A stretch of DNA of 64,000 nucleotides from Verrucomicrobiota bacterium (GTDB lineage Bacteria; Verrucomicrobiota; Verrucomicrobiia; Opitutales; Coraliomargaritaceae): assembly GCA_039815375.1 (NCBI GenBank), contig JBCBZJ010000004.1, positions 160,001-224,000 of the forward strand, in the 5' to 3' direction. The notes under the pieces are model-generated. The model was not told the DNA's origin and made no database searches. It saw nothing but the letters and a program-made list of their open reading frames with translations. Every line of letters starts with the position of its first letter. Position 1 is the first letter of the stretch. The position numbers were made by a program, and so were the translations under genes. Below, one piece after another: positions 50,546 through 59,440 of this stretch.

Positions 50546-51972
50546 GATTTAAATGCTTCAAAGGCTGCAAGCGCCCGTCCACGACCTTCCTTATGTTCAA
50601 CAATGGGCAATGGATAATCATTACCCAGCTCAATACCAGCGTGTTGTAGGATTCCCGGAGGAGCCTCCCATGGCGCGTGGATGAATTTTGCCGGGAGTTT
50701 CTCCAGCTCGGGAACATAGCTTTTTACGTACGCTCCGTCTGGATCGAACTTTTGCCCCTGAATAATCGGATTAAAAACTCGAAAATACGGTGCTGCATCC
50801 GCACCGCAGCCACCACTCCATTGCCAGCCGAGCGTATTACTCGCAAGGTCAGCATCCAGTAACGTATCCCAAAACCATGCGGCCCCATCTTTCCAACTGT
50901 GGAGCAAATGCTTCACTAGCAGCGAGGCCACAATCATGCGAACGCGATTGTGCATCCAGCCGGTTCGCCAAAGTTGCCGCATGCCGGCGTCTACAATCGG
51001 GTAACCAGTCTCACCACGTTGCCAACGTCCCAGCACCTCTTCGTTACGCTCCCAGGGGAATTCGTTAAACTCCGGCCTAAGGGGCGCATCCGCGGTGTGG
51101 GGGAAATGATAGAGCACATTATAGGCAAACTCGCGCCAGTAAATCTCCTTAAGATAAACAAATGGACCGTCGCCGGAAAGATCGGTCCTTTCCTTCAAAG
51201 CCGCAACAATCTGCCTGGGGCCGATCAGTCCAAAGTGCAGATATGGTGATAGCGCAGAGGTCCCGTCAAAGTCCGGTCGGTCTCGGTCCACATCGTATTT
51301 TTGGACTGCACTTTCCAGGAAACGCTCAAGACCGGACAGAGCTCCTTCCTCCGAAACATCCCACATCGTTTCCATTTCGGAATGCCAGTTTACTTTCGGG
51401 AGCAAGCCAAGCGCGTCCAGCGGAACAGACTCAGGAAAGGTATCAGGGAATTTCAACTTACTGAAATCAATTTCAACCGGCTCTTTAACCGGCCGGTCTT
51501 TAACCGCTTTGAAGAAGGGCGTGTAGACCTTGTAGGGTTGACCACTACCCGTACTCACCGTGTGCGGCTCCACCAGCAAACTACTATTGAAGCTCTTCAC
51601 CTCGATACCGATATCGACCAGGTCCCTTTTGATGGAGGCATCCAATTCACGCAAATGCCCCTCGTATCGACGATTCCAATACACACGCCCGGCTCCGGTT
51701 GTTTCGATCAGCTCACGCAAAACCGAAAGGGCCTCTCCATTTCTAAGGACGATTTTTCCCCTCAAATTCAGGAGCTGTCTATCGAGACTTTTTAAAGCCT
51801 GATGCAGCCACCATTTTGAGGCGCCTCCGAGCTTCCACTCCCCATAACTCTCGTCGTCGTTGATGTAGATCGGGACTATGGGCTCTCCTACATGGATCGC
51901 CTCAGCCAGAGCCGCGTTATCGGAAAGGCGCAAATCGTTTCGGAACCAAAGAATCGTAGGTTTTACAGACAC
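50542..51972 (-). CDS. phr: Deoxyribodipyrimidine (CPD) photolyase
   Basis: WFRNDLRLSDN, LSPYLHFG, WREF, GYPIVDAGMRQL, MHNRVRM, WQWSGGCGADAAPYFRVFNP. Start placed at GTG 51972. Confidence 0.94.
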   Translation of the reverse strand: MSVKPTILWFRNDLRLSDNAALAEAIHVGEPIVPIYINDDESYGEWKLGGASKWWLHQALKSLDRQLLNLRGKIVLRNGEALSVLRELIETTGAGRVYWNRRYEGHLRELDASIKRDLVDIGIEVKSFNSSLLVEPHTVSTGSGQPYKVYTPFFKAVKDRPVKEPVEIDFSKLKFPDTFPESVPLDALGLLPKVNWHSEMETMWDVSEEGALSGLERFLESAVQKYDVDRDRPDFDGTSALSPYLHFGLIGPRQIVAALKERTDLSGDGPFVYLKEIYWREFAYNVLYHFPHTADAPLRPEFNEFPWERNEEVLGRWQRGETGYPIVDAGMRQLWRTGWMHNRVRMIVASLLVKHLLHSWKDGAAWFWDTLLDADLASNTLGWQWSGGCGADAAPYFRVFNPIIQGQKFDPDGAYVKSYVPELEKLPAKFIHAPWEAPPGILQHAGIELGNDYPLPIVEHKEGRGRALAAFEAFKS

Positions 51973-52054
51973 GTAGAATAATGAAGTTTGGAGGGCTAAA
52001 CTTACAGCTCGAGACACTCTTGCTTTAGTGAAAATTCCAGTCATTTTGAAAGAC

Positions 52055-52663
52055 ATGGATACTCTATCAGCCATACGTGAGCGGCGCTCTGTCAAGCGCT
52101 ACGATCCTACGCACGAAATGTCGGAAGCCGAGATCAACGGCCTCCTTGAGCTAGCGCTCCTCTCTCCTACTTCCTTCAACATGCAAAACTGGCGCTTCGT
52201 CGTTGTGACCGATCAGGAAAAAAAGGAGGCGATCTGCACTGCTTCCTGGAACCAGGTGCAGGTCAAAGAGGCTTCAATCACCATTTTGCTCTGCGCAGAC
52301 CTTGATGCACATGACGATGCGGACCGCTACTGGGTCAATGCGCCGCAACCGGTCCAGGACATGATCGTCCCCATGATTCCGAAATTCTACGAGGGTAACG
52401 CCGGTCTGCAACGAGACGAAGCCATGCGTTCGATTGGGATAGCAGGACAAACCTTGATGCTTGCGGCAAAGGCCATGGGCTATGACAGCTGCCCTATGAT
52501 CGGCTTCGATCCGGCCAAGGTAGCCGAAATAATTGAGCTGCCTGAGAACCATCTGGTCGGGATGATGCTGACGGTCGGAAAAGCAATCAAAGATGCCAAC
52601 GTCCGCGGTGGTCAGCTCCCTTACGAGGAAGTGGTCTTCCGTGACAGCTTTCCCGCTTCATAG
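52055..52663 (+). CDS. Nitroreductase family protein
   Basis: [38 protein letters not shown]. Confidence 0.93.
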   Translation: MDTLSAIRERRSVKRYDPTHEMSEAEINGLLELALLSPTSFNMQNWRFVVVTDQEKKEAICTASWNQVQVKEASITILLCADLDAHDDADRYWVNAPQPVQDMIVPMIPKFYEGNAGLQRDEAMRSIGIAGQTLMLAAKAMGYDSCPMIGFDPAKVAEIIELPENHLVGMMLTVGKAIKDANVRGGQLPYEEVVFRDSFPAS

Positions 52664-52710
52664 ATAAGAAAAGTTTTGCTTCTGCCAACGAGCCCGACTT
52701 CACTCGCCGG

Positions 52711-53049
52711 ATGTATGAATTAAGCGGAAAAGTTAAGGAAATTTTCGAAGAGCAAACCTTCGGCAGCGGCTTTAACAAGCGAGAGTTTGTTGTCACCACT
52801 GATGCGGACAAATACCCTCAGGACATCAAGTTTGAGTGCGTCAAAGACAAAGTCGAGATGGTCAACAAGCTCAAGAAGGGCGACAAGGTAAAGGTTAGTT
52901 TCGATCTGCGCGGACGCGAATGGCAGGGCAAATATTTCGTTAATCTCAACGCCTGGAAGATCGACTACGGTGCAGCCGACCAAGCCAGCGACGCGCCTCC
53001 GCCTTTCGACCCGGCCGACGAAATTCTCGACGAAGAGCCTCCATTCTAG
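52711..53049 (+). CDS. DUF3127 family protein (OB-fold-like, acidic tail)
   Basis: [39 protein letters not shown], ends DEEPPF. Confidence 0.85.
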   Translation: MYELSGKVKEIFEEQTFGSGFNKREFVVTTDADKYPQDIKFECVKDKVEMVNKLKKGDKVKVSFDLRGREWQGKYFVNLNAWKIDYGAADQASDAPPPFDPADEILDEEPPF

Positions 53050-53103
53050 AATCTGTAAAGAGCGTTGCCAGAAGGGCTTTCGTTCTATCTGATCCATTCC
53101 GAA

Positions 53104-53541
53104 ATGAAGCGTATCGTTATTATCAACGGTCCAAATCTGGACCGGCTCGGTCTGCGTGAGCCGGAAATCTACGGTGACCAAACTCTGACCGACCTGGAGA
53201 ACCTACTCGTTGAGGAGGCTGCTTCGTTAGGCGTGGACGTTCAGTTCTACCAAAGTAACCACGAGGGCTTCATCATTGATGAAATCAATAATCAGTATGC
53301 CGACGGTGAAGTCTTTGGACTGATCATCAATCCGGGTGCGCTTACACATACCAGCCTCGCTTTGCGGGATGCACTGGCCGGCAGCGACCTTCCGGCTATT
53401 GAGGTGCACATCAGTAACATTTATAAGCGCGAAAAAATACGGCAGCATTCCATGACTGCGGAGGCCTGCCTGGGTGTTATCTCCGGTATCGGCTTCGATG
53501 GTTACCTAGCTGCCTTACGCTACCTTGCAAAGCTGGACTAG
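53104..53541 (+). CDS. aroQ: Type II 3-dehydroquinate dehydratase
   Basis: NGPNLDRLGLREPEIYG, QSNHEG, NPGALTHTS, EVHISN. Confidence 0.96.
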   Translation: MKRIVIINGPNLDRLGLREPEIYGDQTLTDLENLLVEEAASLGVDVQFYQSNHEGFIIDEINNQYADGEVFGLIINPGALTHTSLALRDALAGSDLPAIEVHISNIYKREKIRQHSMTAEACLGVISGIGFDGYLAALRYLAKLD

Positions 53542-56069
53542 TCGCTCGGTAACAACTGAGCGAGCTCCTCAAGATCGCCAAAGTGCTCGCTCATTTCTTT
53601 CGCGCTACCCATGTGACCCAGGGTATTCTCAAAAAGTTCACGTTTCTCCTTTTTGAGCTGCTGGATTCGCTGCTCGATGGTCCCTTCGGTAATCATACGG
53701 TAAACAAAAACACGGCGATCCTGGCCGATTCGATGCACGCGGTCGACAGCCTGATTTTCGACGGCAGGGTTCCACCAGGGGTCGAGTAGGAAAACATAAT
53801 CGGCAGCATGTAGCGTAATGCCAGTTCCACCCGCGCGAAGACTCACGAGAATCACCGCTGCCCCGCCTTCGTTCTGGAAACGTTCTACCGGTTTGGACCG
53901 GTCCTTTGTTTCTCCGGTAAGCTCATGAAGGGCGATATTGGGGAAGTTTGTTCTTAGAATCGGCTTAAGTCGCTTAAGCAATTGGACAAACTGGCTGAAG
54001 ATAACGATCTTACGCTTACCGTCTCCTTCGAGTGCCTCACCGAGCCGCGTCAGCAACATCTGCACCTTCCCACTTTGACTCACGTCCGCATCCACATCCG
54101 GAATCAACCCGGGATCACAGCATGCCTGGCGCAGTCGGGTTAACAGAGAAAAGAAATGCATCGCATTGGCTTGCATCGCGACCTGTAGATTCTCACCAAG
54201 CTCGTCGCGACCGCGCGCAAGTAGATTCTCGTAGGTCTGGCGCTGCAGTCCAGTGATCGGACAAATCAAATCCATCTCAACCTTAGGCGGGAGGTCGGTC
54301 CCAACCTTATCCTTTTGGCGGCGAAGAATAAACGGTGCAATCTGCTGGCGCAGCCGCTTTTCAAAGGTTTGCCTTAATTCAAGGTTGGGCGCATTGGCGT
54401 TGTCTTCGAAACGGCGACGACTACCCAGCAAACCAGGCATAAGAAAGCGAAAGAGTGTCCAAAGATCGAGCAGTCGATTCTCGATCGGGGTACCGGTCAA
54501 AGCGAGCCGGAATTCGGCACGGATTGCGCAGCAGGCCTGCGTTACTTTAGCCTCGGGATTCTTGATTTGCTGCGCCTCATCCAGCACCGCATAACCGAAA
54601 TCAACTCGTTCTAACAGATGCTTGTGGCGGCGAAGCTGAGTATAACTTGCAATCCAAAGAGTCGTTTCTCCAATCTGATTTCGAGAAAAGTCTTCTCCGG
54701 TCCGAAGCACTGCCGTTCGCATATTGGGATACCAACGACGGACCTCGTTTTCCCAAACCGGCACGACACTGGCAGGACAAACAATCAGGCTGTCCTTTTT
54801 CTCAAAAGGATGGGAATTCAAAAGAGTAAGAACCTGAAGCGTTTTCCCCAGACCCATTTCATCAGCGAGAAGGCCGTGACAAGCCTGAGCGCGAAGGTTA
54901 GCCATCCAACGCACCCCAGCTTCCTGATAGTCCCGCAAAAATGAAGGCAGTGATGGGCTCATCTCTCTCTCCACATCTCCGAGCAGCGCCGCCCGCCAGG
55001 ATTCAACCTCCTCTTCCAGATCAAGCTCAGCCCCACGCTCGCCGAAAAGGGACAAGACCATATAGCGCGGCCAGGTTTGCGGTTGGTCCGATCCGGTAGA
55101 CGCTGCGACGCGCCATTCCGCAAGCGCCTGAGATTGGTCGTCCGCAATGCGCACCAGGCCCAGTCCCTTCACAATGTGTGTGCCTCTACCTGCACGCGCG
55201 AGGCGCTCCGCATCTTCCGGATCGAGCCACTGACGCCCGAGCTTAAGCCGCCAATCCACTTGCATGCCATCTTCACCGACAGATTCAACCCGGCCAACGA
55301 TTTTGACATCGCGCACACCCTCAGCCATATACTGTGCTTCCAAGTCAAGATCAATGTAGCTAAACACTTCTTCCCAGCGAGGCGTTGTGTGCGAGAAAAA
55401 AGGTCCAACCTGCTCGGGATCGTTTAGAAGAAAGTCATTTGCTTCCGATCGATACCGGAAACCTGCATCCTTTGCCAAGCCTGTCAGTCGAACCAGTGCT
55501 TCACGCTCGGAACTGACCAACGGTTTTTCATCACTTCGAAAGGCAGGTTCCTTGGAAAAGTCGGGATTGGTCCAGTAGGCCGTAAGACGCAGACCCGAAC
55601 GCACACCCTCCACTTTCGGCGTCAGACGCCGAGCTGGCCGCTCTGCACGTTCAACAACAAATCTCTCGGCACGCCGACTTTCTCCAGCATGTTCGGAACG
55701 CTTATTCGCCTTCTTCACTTCATGAGGAACCGGTGCAATTTCATCCGCTACCAGCTCCTCAATCTCGTAAAGCCCGGCTACCGCCACTGCGCGTCCAAGC
55801 GCAAGGTCTTCAGTCGAACTACGGACTTTCGGTCCCTCCTTAGTCCATTCGATCACAGCGTAACAAGTATCCTTCCGCGAAAAGGCACAATTCACGATCG
55901 CTTCGCCATCTGCGAGCTCGACACCGGAAATCAGACCTTCGCGGTAAATCTCCCGGCCACGTAACAACGATTCCTGATCAAAACTGCCTTCCCATTCGAA
56001 TCCAACATTACCGAACCACACTTCAAGTGCGGCCTCATTGTAGACACGACTGGAGGCACGGGGCAGCAT
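53538..56069 (-). CDS. SNF2-family DEAD/DEAH helicase
   Basis: LADEMGLGKT, DEAQ, LTGTPIEN, FSQF, SLRAGGTG, WWNPAVENQAVDRVHRIGQ. Confidence 0.94.
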   Translation of the reverse strand: MLPRASSRVYNEAALEVWFGNVGFEWEGSFDQESLLRGREIYREGLISGVELADGEAIVNCAFSRKDTCYAVIEWTKEGPKVRSSTEDLALGRAVAVAGLYEIEELVADEIAPVPHEVKKANKRSEHAGESRRAERFVVERAERPARRLTPKVEGVRSGLRLTAYWTNPDFSKEPAFRSDEKPLVSSEREALVRLTGLAKDAGFRYRSEANDFLLNDPEQVGPFFSHTTPRWEEVFSYIDLDLEAQYMAEGVRDVKIVGRVESVGEDGMQVDWRLKLGRQWLDPEDAERLARAGRGTHIVKGLGLVRIADDQSQALAEWRVAASTGSDQPQTWPRYMVLSLFGERGAELDLEEEVESWRAALLGDVEREMSPSLPSFLRDYQEAGVRWMANLRAQACHGLLADEMGLGKTLQVLTLLNSHPFEKKDSLIVCPASVVPVWENEVRRWYPNMRTAVLRTGEDFSRNQIGETTLWIASYTQLRRHKHLLERVDFGYAVLDEAQQIKNPEAKVTQACCAIRAEFRLALTGTPIENRLLDLWTLFRFLMPGLLGSRRRFEDNANAPNLELRQTFEKRLRQQIAPFILRRQKDKVGTDLPPKVEMDLICPITGLQRQTYENLLARGRDELGENLQVAMQANAMHFFSLLTRLRQACCDPGLIPDVDADVSQSGKVQMLLTRLGEALEGDGKRKIVIFSQFVQLLKRLKPILRTNFPNIALHELTGETKDRSKPVERFQNEGGAAVILVSLRAGGTGITLHAADYVFLLDPWWNPAVENQAVDRVHRIGQDRRVFVYRMITEGTIEQRIQQLKKEKRELFENTLGHMGSAKEMSEHFGDLEELAQLLPSD

Positions 56070-56120
56070 AAGGATATAATGAACCCCATACCGTAGCTTT
56101 CTAAACCGAGTCGCCGCAAG

Positions 56121-57896
56121 TTATTTTGCAATCGATTCAGCACCTGTTTCCAAGTCAATCCGGCGACCAATCAAACGTAGCAACACAAATGCCAGGATTG
56201 GGAAAAGAAAATAGAATACAATCGGGGGCAGCCCAAAGAAGGCAATCAAGGTGTATCCGCTCACACTGGCTAATAACATAGTGCTTAGCGCATAGGGTAA
56301 CTGCGTCGCCACATGGTGCAAATGGTCGCAACCTGTCGCCAATGAAGAAAGGACCGTTGTATCTGAGATTGGACTACAGTGGTCTCCAAAAATCGCACCA
56401 TCCAAAACCGCAGCAGCAGTCAGCACAAAGATCATCATACGGGTAGGATCGTCCGCACCTAAAAGCCAAACGAAAGGCAGCATAATAGGAATCATCACAC
56501 CCATCGTGCCCCAGCTCGTGCCCATGGCAAAGGCCATGCCTGCAGCCAGCACAAAGGTCAATAAGGGGACAGCCGCCAAGGGCAGGGCTTCTCCCACCAT
56601 CGAAAGTAGATAATAGCTCGTGCCGAGCTCTTCACATATCGTTTTCATCGCCCAGGCCATCGGCAAAATGAATAGAGTCACGCCAAGTGTCGGCAAGGAG
56701 CCGGCATAGGCGCCGACAGCCTCGACAGGCTTGAGCAACCGCTGAAAAACAGGCATTAGAATTGCCACGATACCTCCCGCGACTGCAGCCCAGAAAAGCA
56801 CTAACGGCACACCTGGACCACCGTCGGGAAGACTTGGATCGTAGACCGTGATCCCGAAGATCTCACGGAGTCCGATCAAGGTGAAAAACTCGGGGCTCGA
56901 GCCATCACGCATCAAACGGCTAGAGCCCACATATAGAATGCCACCCAGCACACCAAACAAGACCGTCGCCAGAGGCACACCGGCATTCCACCAGCGAAAG
57001 GGAGTTCCTGCCGGTGGCTCGAGCCGCTCAGGATTTTCTCGAAGCAATGGCCTTGCATCCGGCGCAACCACTTGTCCTGTCTCTCGGGCTCTGCGCTCGG
57101 CTTTAAGCATCGGGCCGAAATCGCGTCGCGTCATGATGTTAATGATTAGGAAGATCAAGGTGCCCCAACAGTAAAAACGCACCGGAAGCATTTGCACAAA
57201 AACAGCGTAGCCTCCCGTCTCCATTCCCAAGGACTGTACCGTCGAGCCCAAGAGCCAGACCTCGTAAGCGATCCAACTGGAAATCACGGCAAGACCGGCA
57301 ATCGGCGCCGTCGTTGAATCAACGATGTAGGCCAACTTCTCCCGAGAAATTTTGAAGCGGTCCGTCAAGCTCCGCATGGTTTGCCCAACCACAATAGTGT
57401 TCGAATAGTCGTCGAAGAAAATCATCAACCCAGCCCCGAATGTGGCAATCTTCGCAGAGCGGGCACTCCGCGCGATCCTGCTGAAGACAACGACCAATCC
57501 TTGAATGCCGCCGCTCTTGTAAAGCACATGGACCATACCGACGAGAGCGAAGAGGAAACCGAAAATATAAAGAGAGAACTGGCCCGTCACATTAGCCCAA
57601 AGAAAGTCCCTCACCGAACTAGGCACAAAAACCAGCGGGTTGAAACCGAAATTCAAAACCGCCCCGGTAAGAAAGGCGCAACTCAAGGCAGCCACCAGTG
57701 AACGGAATGAGATCGCCAGAACCACGGCAACCAAAGGTGGCATAAGCGATGACCAATGCCCCTGGTCGCCACCGGCTGACTCCGGCAAGGGGCCCGTCGG
57801 CAAAAATTCCAGAATGAGACAAATCAGCGCCAATGAAGTAAGGCATGCGATCCAGCGCACGGGTTGTCTCCAAAGGTTAGTTCTCGAATTTGCCAT
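56121..57896 (-). CDS. NhaC-family (Na+/H+ antiporter-like) transporter
   Basis: FFDDYSN, SREKLAYIVDSTTAP, GTSWGT, GAIFGDHCSPISDTT. Confidence 0.9.
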   Translation of the reverse strand: MANSRTNLWRQPVRWIACLTSLALICLILEFLPTGPLPESAGGDQGHWSSLMPPLVAVVLAISFRSLVAALSCAFLTGAVLNFGFNPLVFVPSSVRDFLWANVTGQFSLYIFGFLFALVGMVHVLYKSGGIQGLVVVFSRIARSARSAKIATFGAGLMIFFDDYSNTIVVGQTMRSLTDRFKISREKLAYIVDSTTAPIAGLAVISSWIAYEVWLLGSTVQSLGMETGGYAVFVQMLPVRFYCWGTLIFLIINIMTRRDFGPMLKAERRARETGQVVAPDARPLLRENPERLEPPAGTPFRWWNAGVPLATVLFGVLGGILYVGSSRLMRDGSSPEFFTLIGLREIFGITVYDPSLPDGGPGVPLVLFWAAVAGGIVAILMPVFQRLLKPVEAVGAYAGSLPTLGVTLFILPMAWAMKTICEELGTSYYLLSMVGEALPLAAVPLLTFVLAAGMAFAMGTSWGTMGVMIPIMLPFVWLLGADDPTRMMIFVLTAAAVLDGAIFGDHCSPISDTTVLSSLATGCDHLHHVATQLPYALSTMLLASVSGYTLIAFFGLPPIVFYFLFPILAFVLLRLIGRRIDLETGAESIAK

Positions 57897-57898
57897 CT

Positions 57899-58435
57899 TT
57901 ACAACTTTCCCTCAACCGGCACTTCACGAGTGCGACAAATAACGGCATCCTTGAACTCTGGATAGTCCGAGCAGAGCGTCTCGCGTTCCCCGAGCTCGAA
58001 GTCAGACCACTCGAAACCAGGGACCATCATACAACTCCCGAAGAAGAATCCAGCCTCACCAGCCACCAGCTTGGTGCCCTGCCAACTGCCCATCGGCGTG
58101 GTCAGTTGCAACTTCTCACCGGCCTCAAGATTGGATCCGATCCTGAGCAGCTCGCCACGACCATTCTCATGCAGAAGTAGCATCTCGGCAGAATCGCCAA
58201 GGTGATGGAACCAATGCTCCGCTGTCGGAAGGCGATGCATCGCTGAAAATGAATCTGCTGTCAGCAGGAAGTAGATCAATGTGCCCATAGGATGGTCACC
58301 TTTTTCGGGATAGCGCGAACACAGCTCGCTATTCCGGACTCTTAAACCACTCCGCCATACCTGACGGAAGTAGCCACCTTCCTGATCGAGCGGTTCCAAG
58401 CCGTAGTGCTCGATAATGGCCTCTGCTGTCAGCAT
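57899..58435 (-). CDS. Cupin_5 / DUF985 family protein
   Basis: LEPLDQEGGYFRQ, TLIYFLL, SAMHRL..AEHWFHHLG, MVPGFEWSDFELG. Confidence 0.88.
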   Translation of the reverse strand: MLTAEAIIEHYGLEPLDQEGGYFRQVWRSGLRVRNSELCSRYPEKGDHPMGTLIYFLLTADSFSAMHRLPTAEHWFHHLGDSAEMLLLHENGRGELLRIGSNLEAGEKLQLTTPMGSWQGTKLVAGEAGFFFGSCMMVPGFEWSDFELGERETLCSDYPEFKDAVICRTREVPVEGKL

Positions 58436-58442
58436 ACGGGCA

Positions 58443-59435
58443 CTATTCAGCCATCAGCTCATCGAGCAAGGCAAAGAGCACAGCAGCCCCGCCGCGGGAC
58501 GCCTTCACATCATAGATATTCTCATCATTCTTACCTTCCTGGCCACCTGCCAAATCACTCACCGCACGAATAATCACCCAGTCGATGTCGTTGATGTGAC
58601 AGACCTGCCCGATTGCGGCCGATTCCATCTCTGTAACCTCTGCATTGAACACGTCACGTATCCATTTCCGGTATTCGCGGTTATCCACGAAAACTGATCC
58701 GGTCACACCATTACCTCCCACCGTGATCGCAGCCATCCGCCCTGGTAGAACCTCGATCTCAGGCATGGATTGAATCGCTGCAGCAGTCGCTTCGAGCAAG
58801 CGAGGCGTAGCAGAAAAGTAAGCAGTCTCTTTGGGCTCAGTCATGCCCTCTTTGATAATCAGCACGTCATCCGGGTGGATCATCCCAAAGGGTTTGTAAT
58901 TGGGAATGTTGGGATCTTTTGCTCGGCGTGCGTCCTTTCGACTGAGAAAGCCCTCGTAATAATCCGGCTCGATAAATTCACCCGTTTCATTCGGGTCGGG
59001 ATTCACATAGACGCTCTCATCGTGATAATACCATCGGGCCGGCACAGTCACGTCGCCCGGCTGCAGTTGTGGATTCACCGCGCCCGCGATTCCCATATAG
59101 ATCACTTCTTTGATCGGAAAATAGTCGAAGGCCATCTGCATACTCATCGCAGCATTCGCGATACTCATGCCGGTAGCAAAAACGATCACCGGCTCACCCT
59201 GATAGGTGCCGATTCGATAACGAACTCCCTTGATCGCGAAAACCTCACCCATCTCCGCATTTGGGTTCGCATCGATTGCTTCGACCAGAGCGATCATCTC
59301 CGGCTCGTAGGCCACCACAATCGCAGTCAAAGGTTCGGCATCAAAGGTCCGGGGACCGTAGGCTGTTTCCGTTGTAGCACATCCAGAAAACCAGACGACG
59401 GTAACAGTTATCAGAAGTGAAATAGTCTTATGCAT
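58443..59435 (-). CDS. MTA/SAH-nucleosidase-fold (PNP_UDP_1) lipoprotein
   Basis: Lipobox WFSGC; AYEPE, TGMSIANAAM, GIAG, EMESAA, RAVSDLAG. Confidence 0.85.
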   Translation of the reverse strand: MHKTISLLITVTVVWFSGCATTETAYGPRTFDAEPLTAIVVAYEPEMIALVEAIDANPNAEMGEVFAIKGVRYRIGTYQGEPVIVFATGMSIANAAMSMQMAFDYFPIKEVIYMGIAGAVNPQLQPGDVTVPARWYYHDESVYVNPDPNETGEFIEPDYYEGFLSRKDARRAKDPNIPNYKPFGMIHPDDVLIIKEGMTEPKETAYFSATPRLLEATAAAIQSMPEIEVLPGRMAAITVGGNGVTGSVFVDNREYRKWIRDVFNAEVTEMESAAIGQVCHINDIDWVIIRAVSDLAGGQEGKNDENIYDVKASRGGAAVLFALLDELMAE

Positions 59436-59440
59436 TTTTC

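Noticed and set aside
51973..52095. N-terminal extension of the photolyase
   Set aside because: Overlaps the divergent nitroreductase start; homology begins near KPTILWFR
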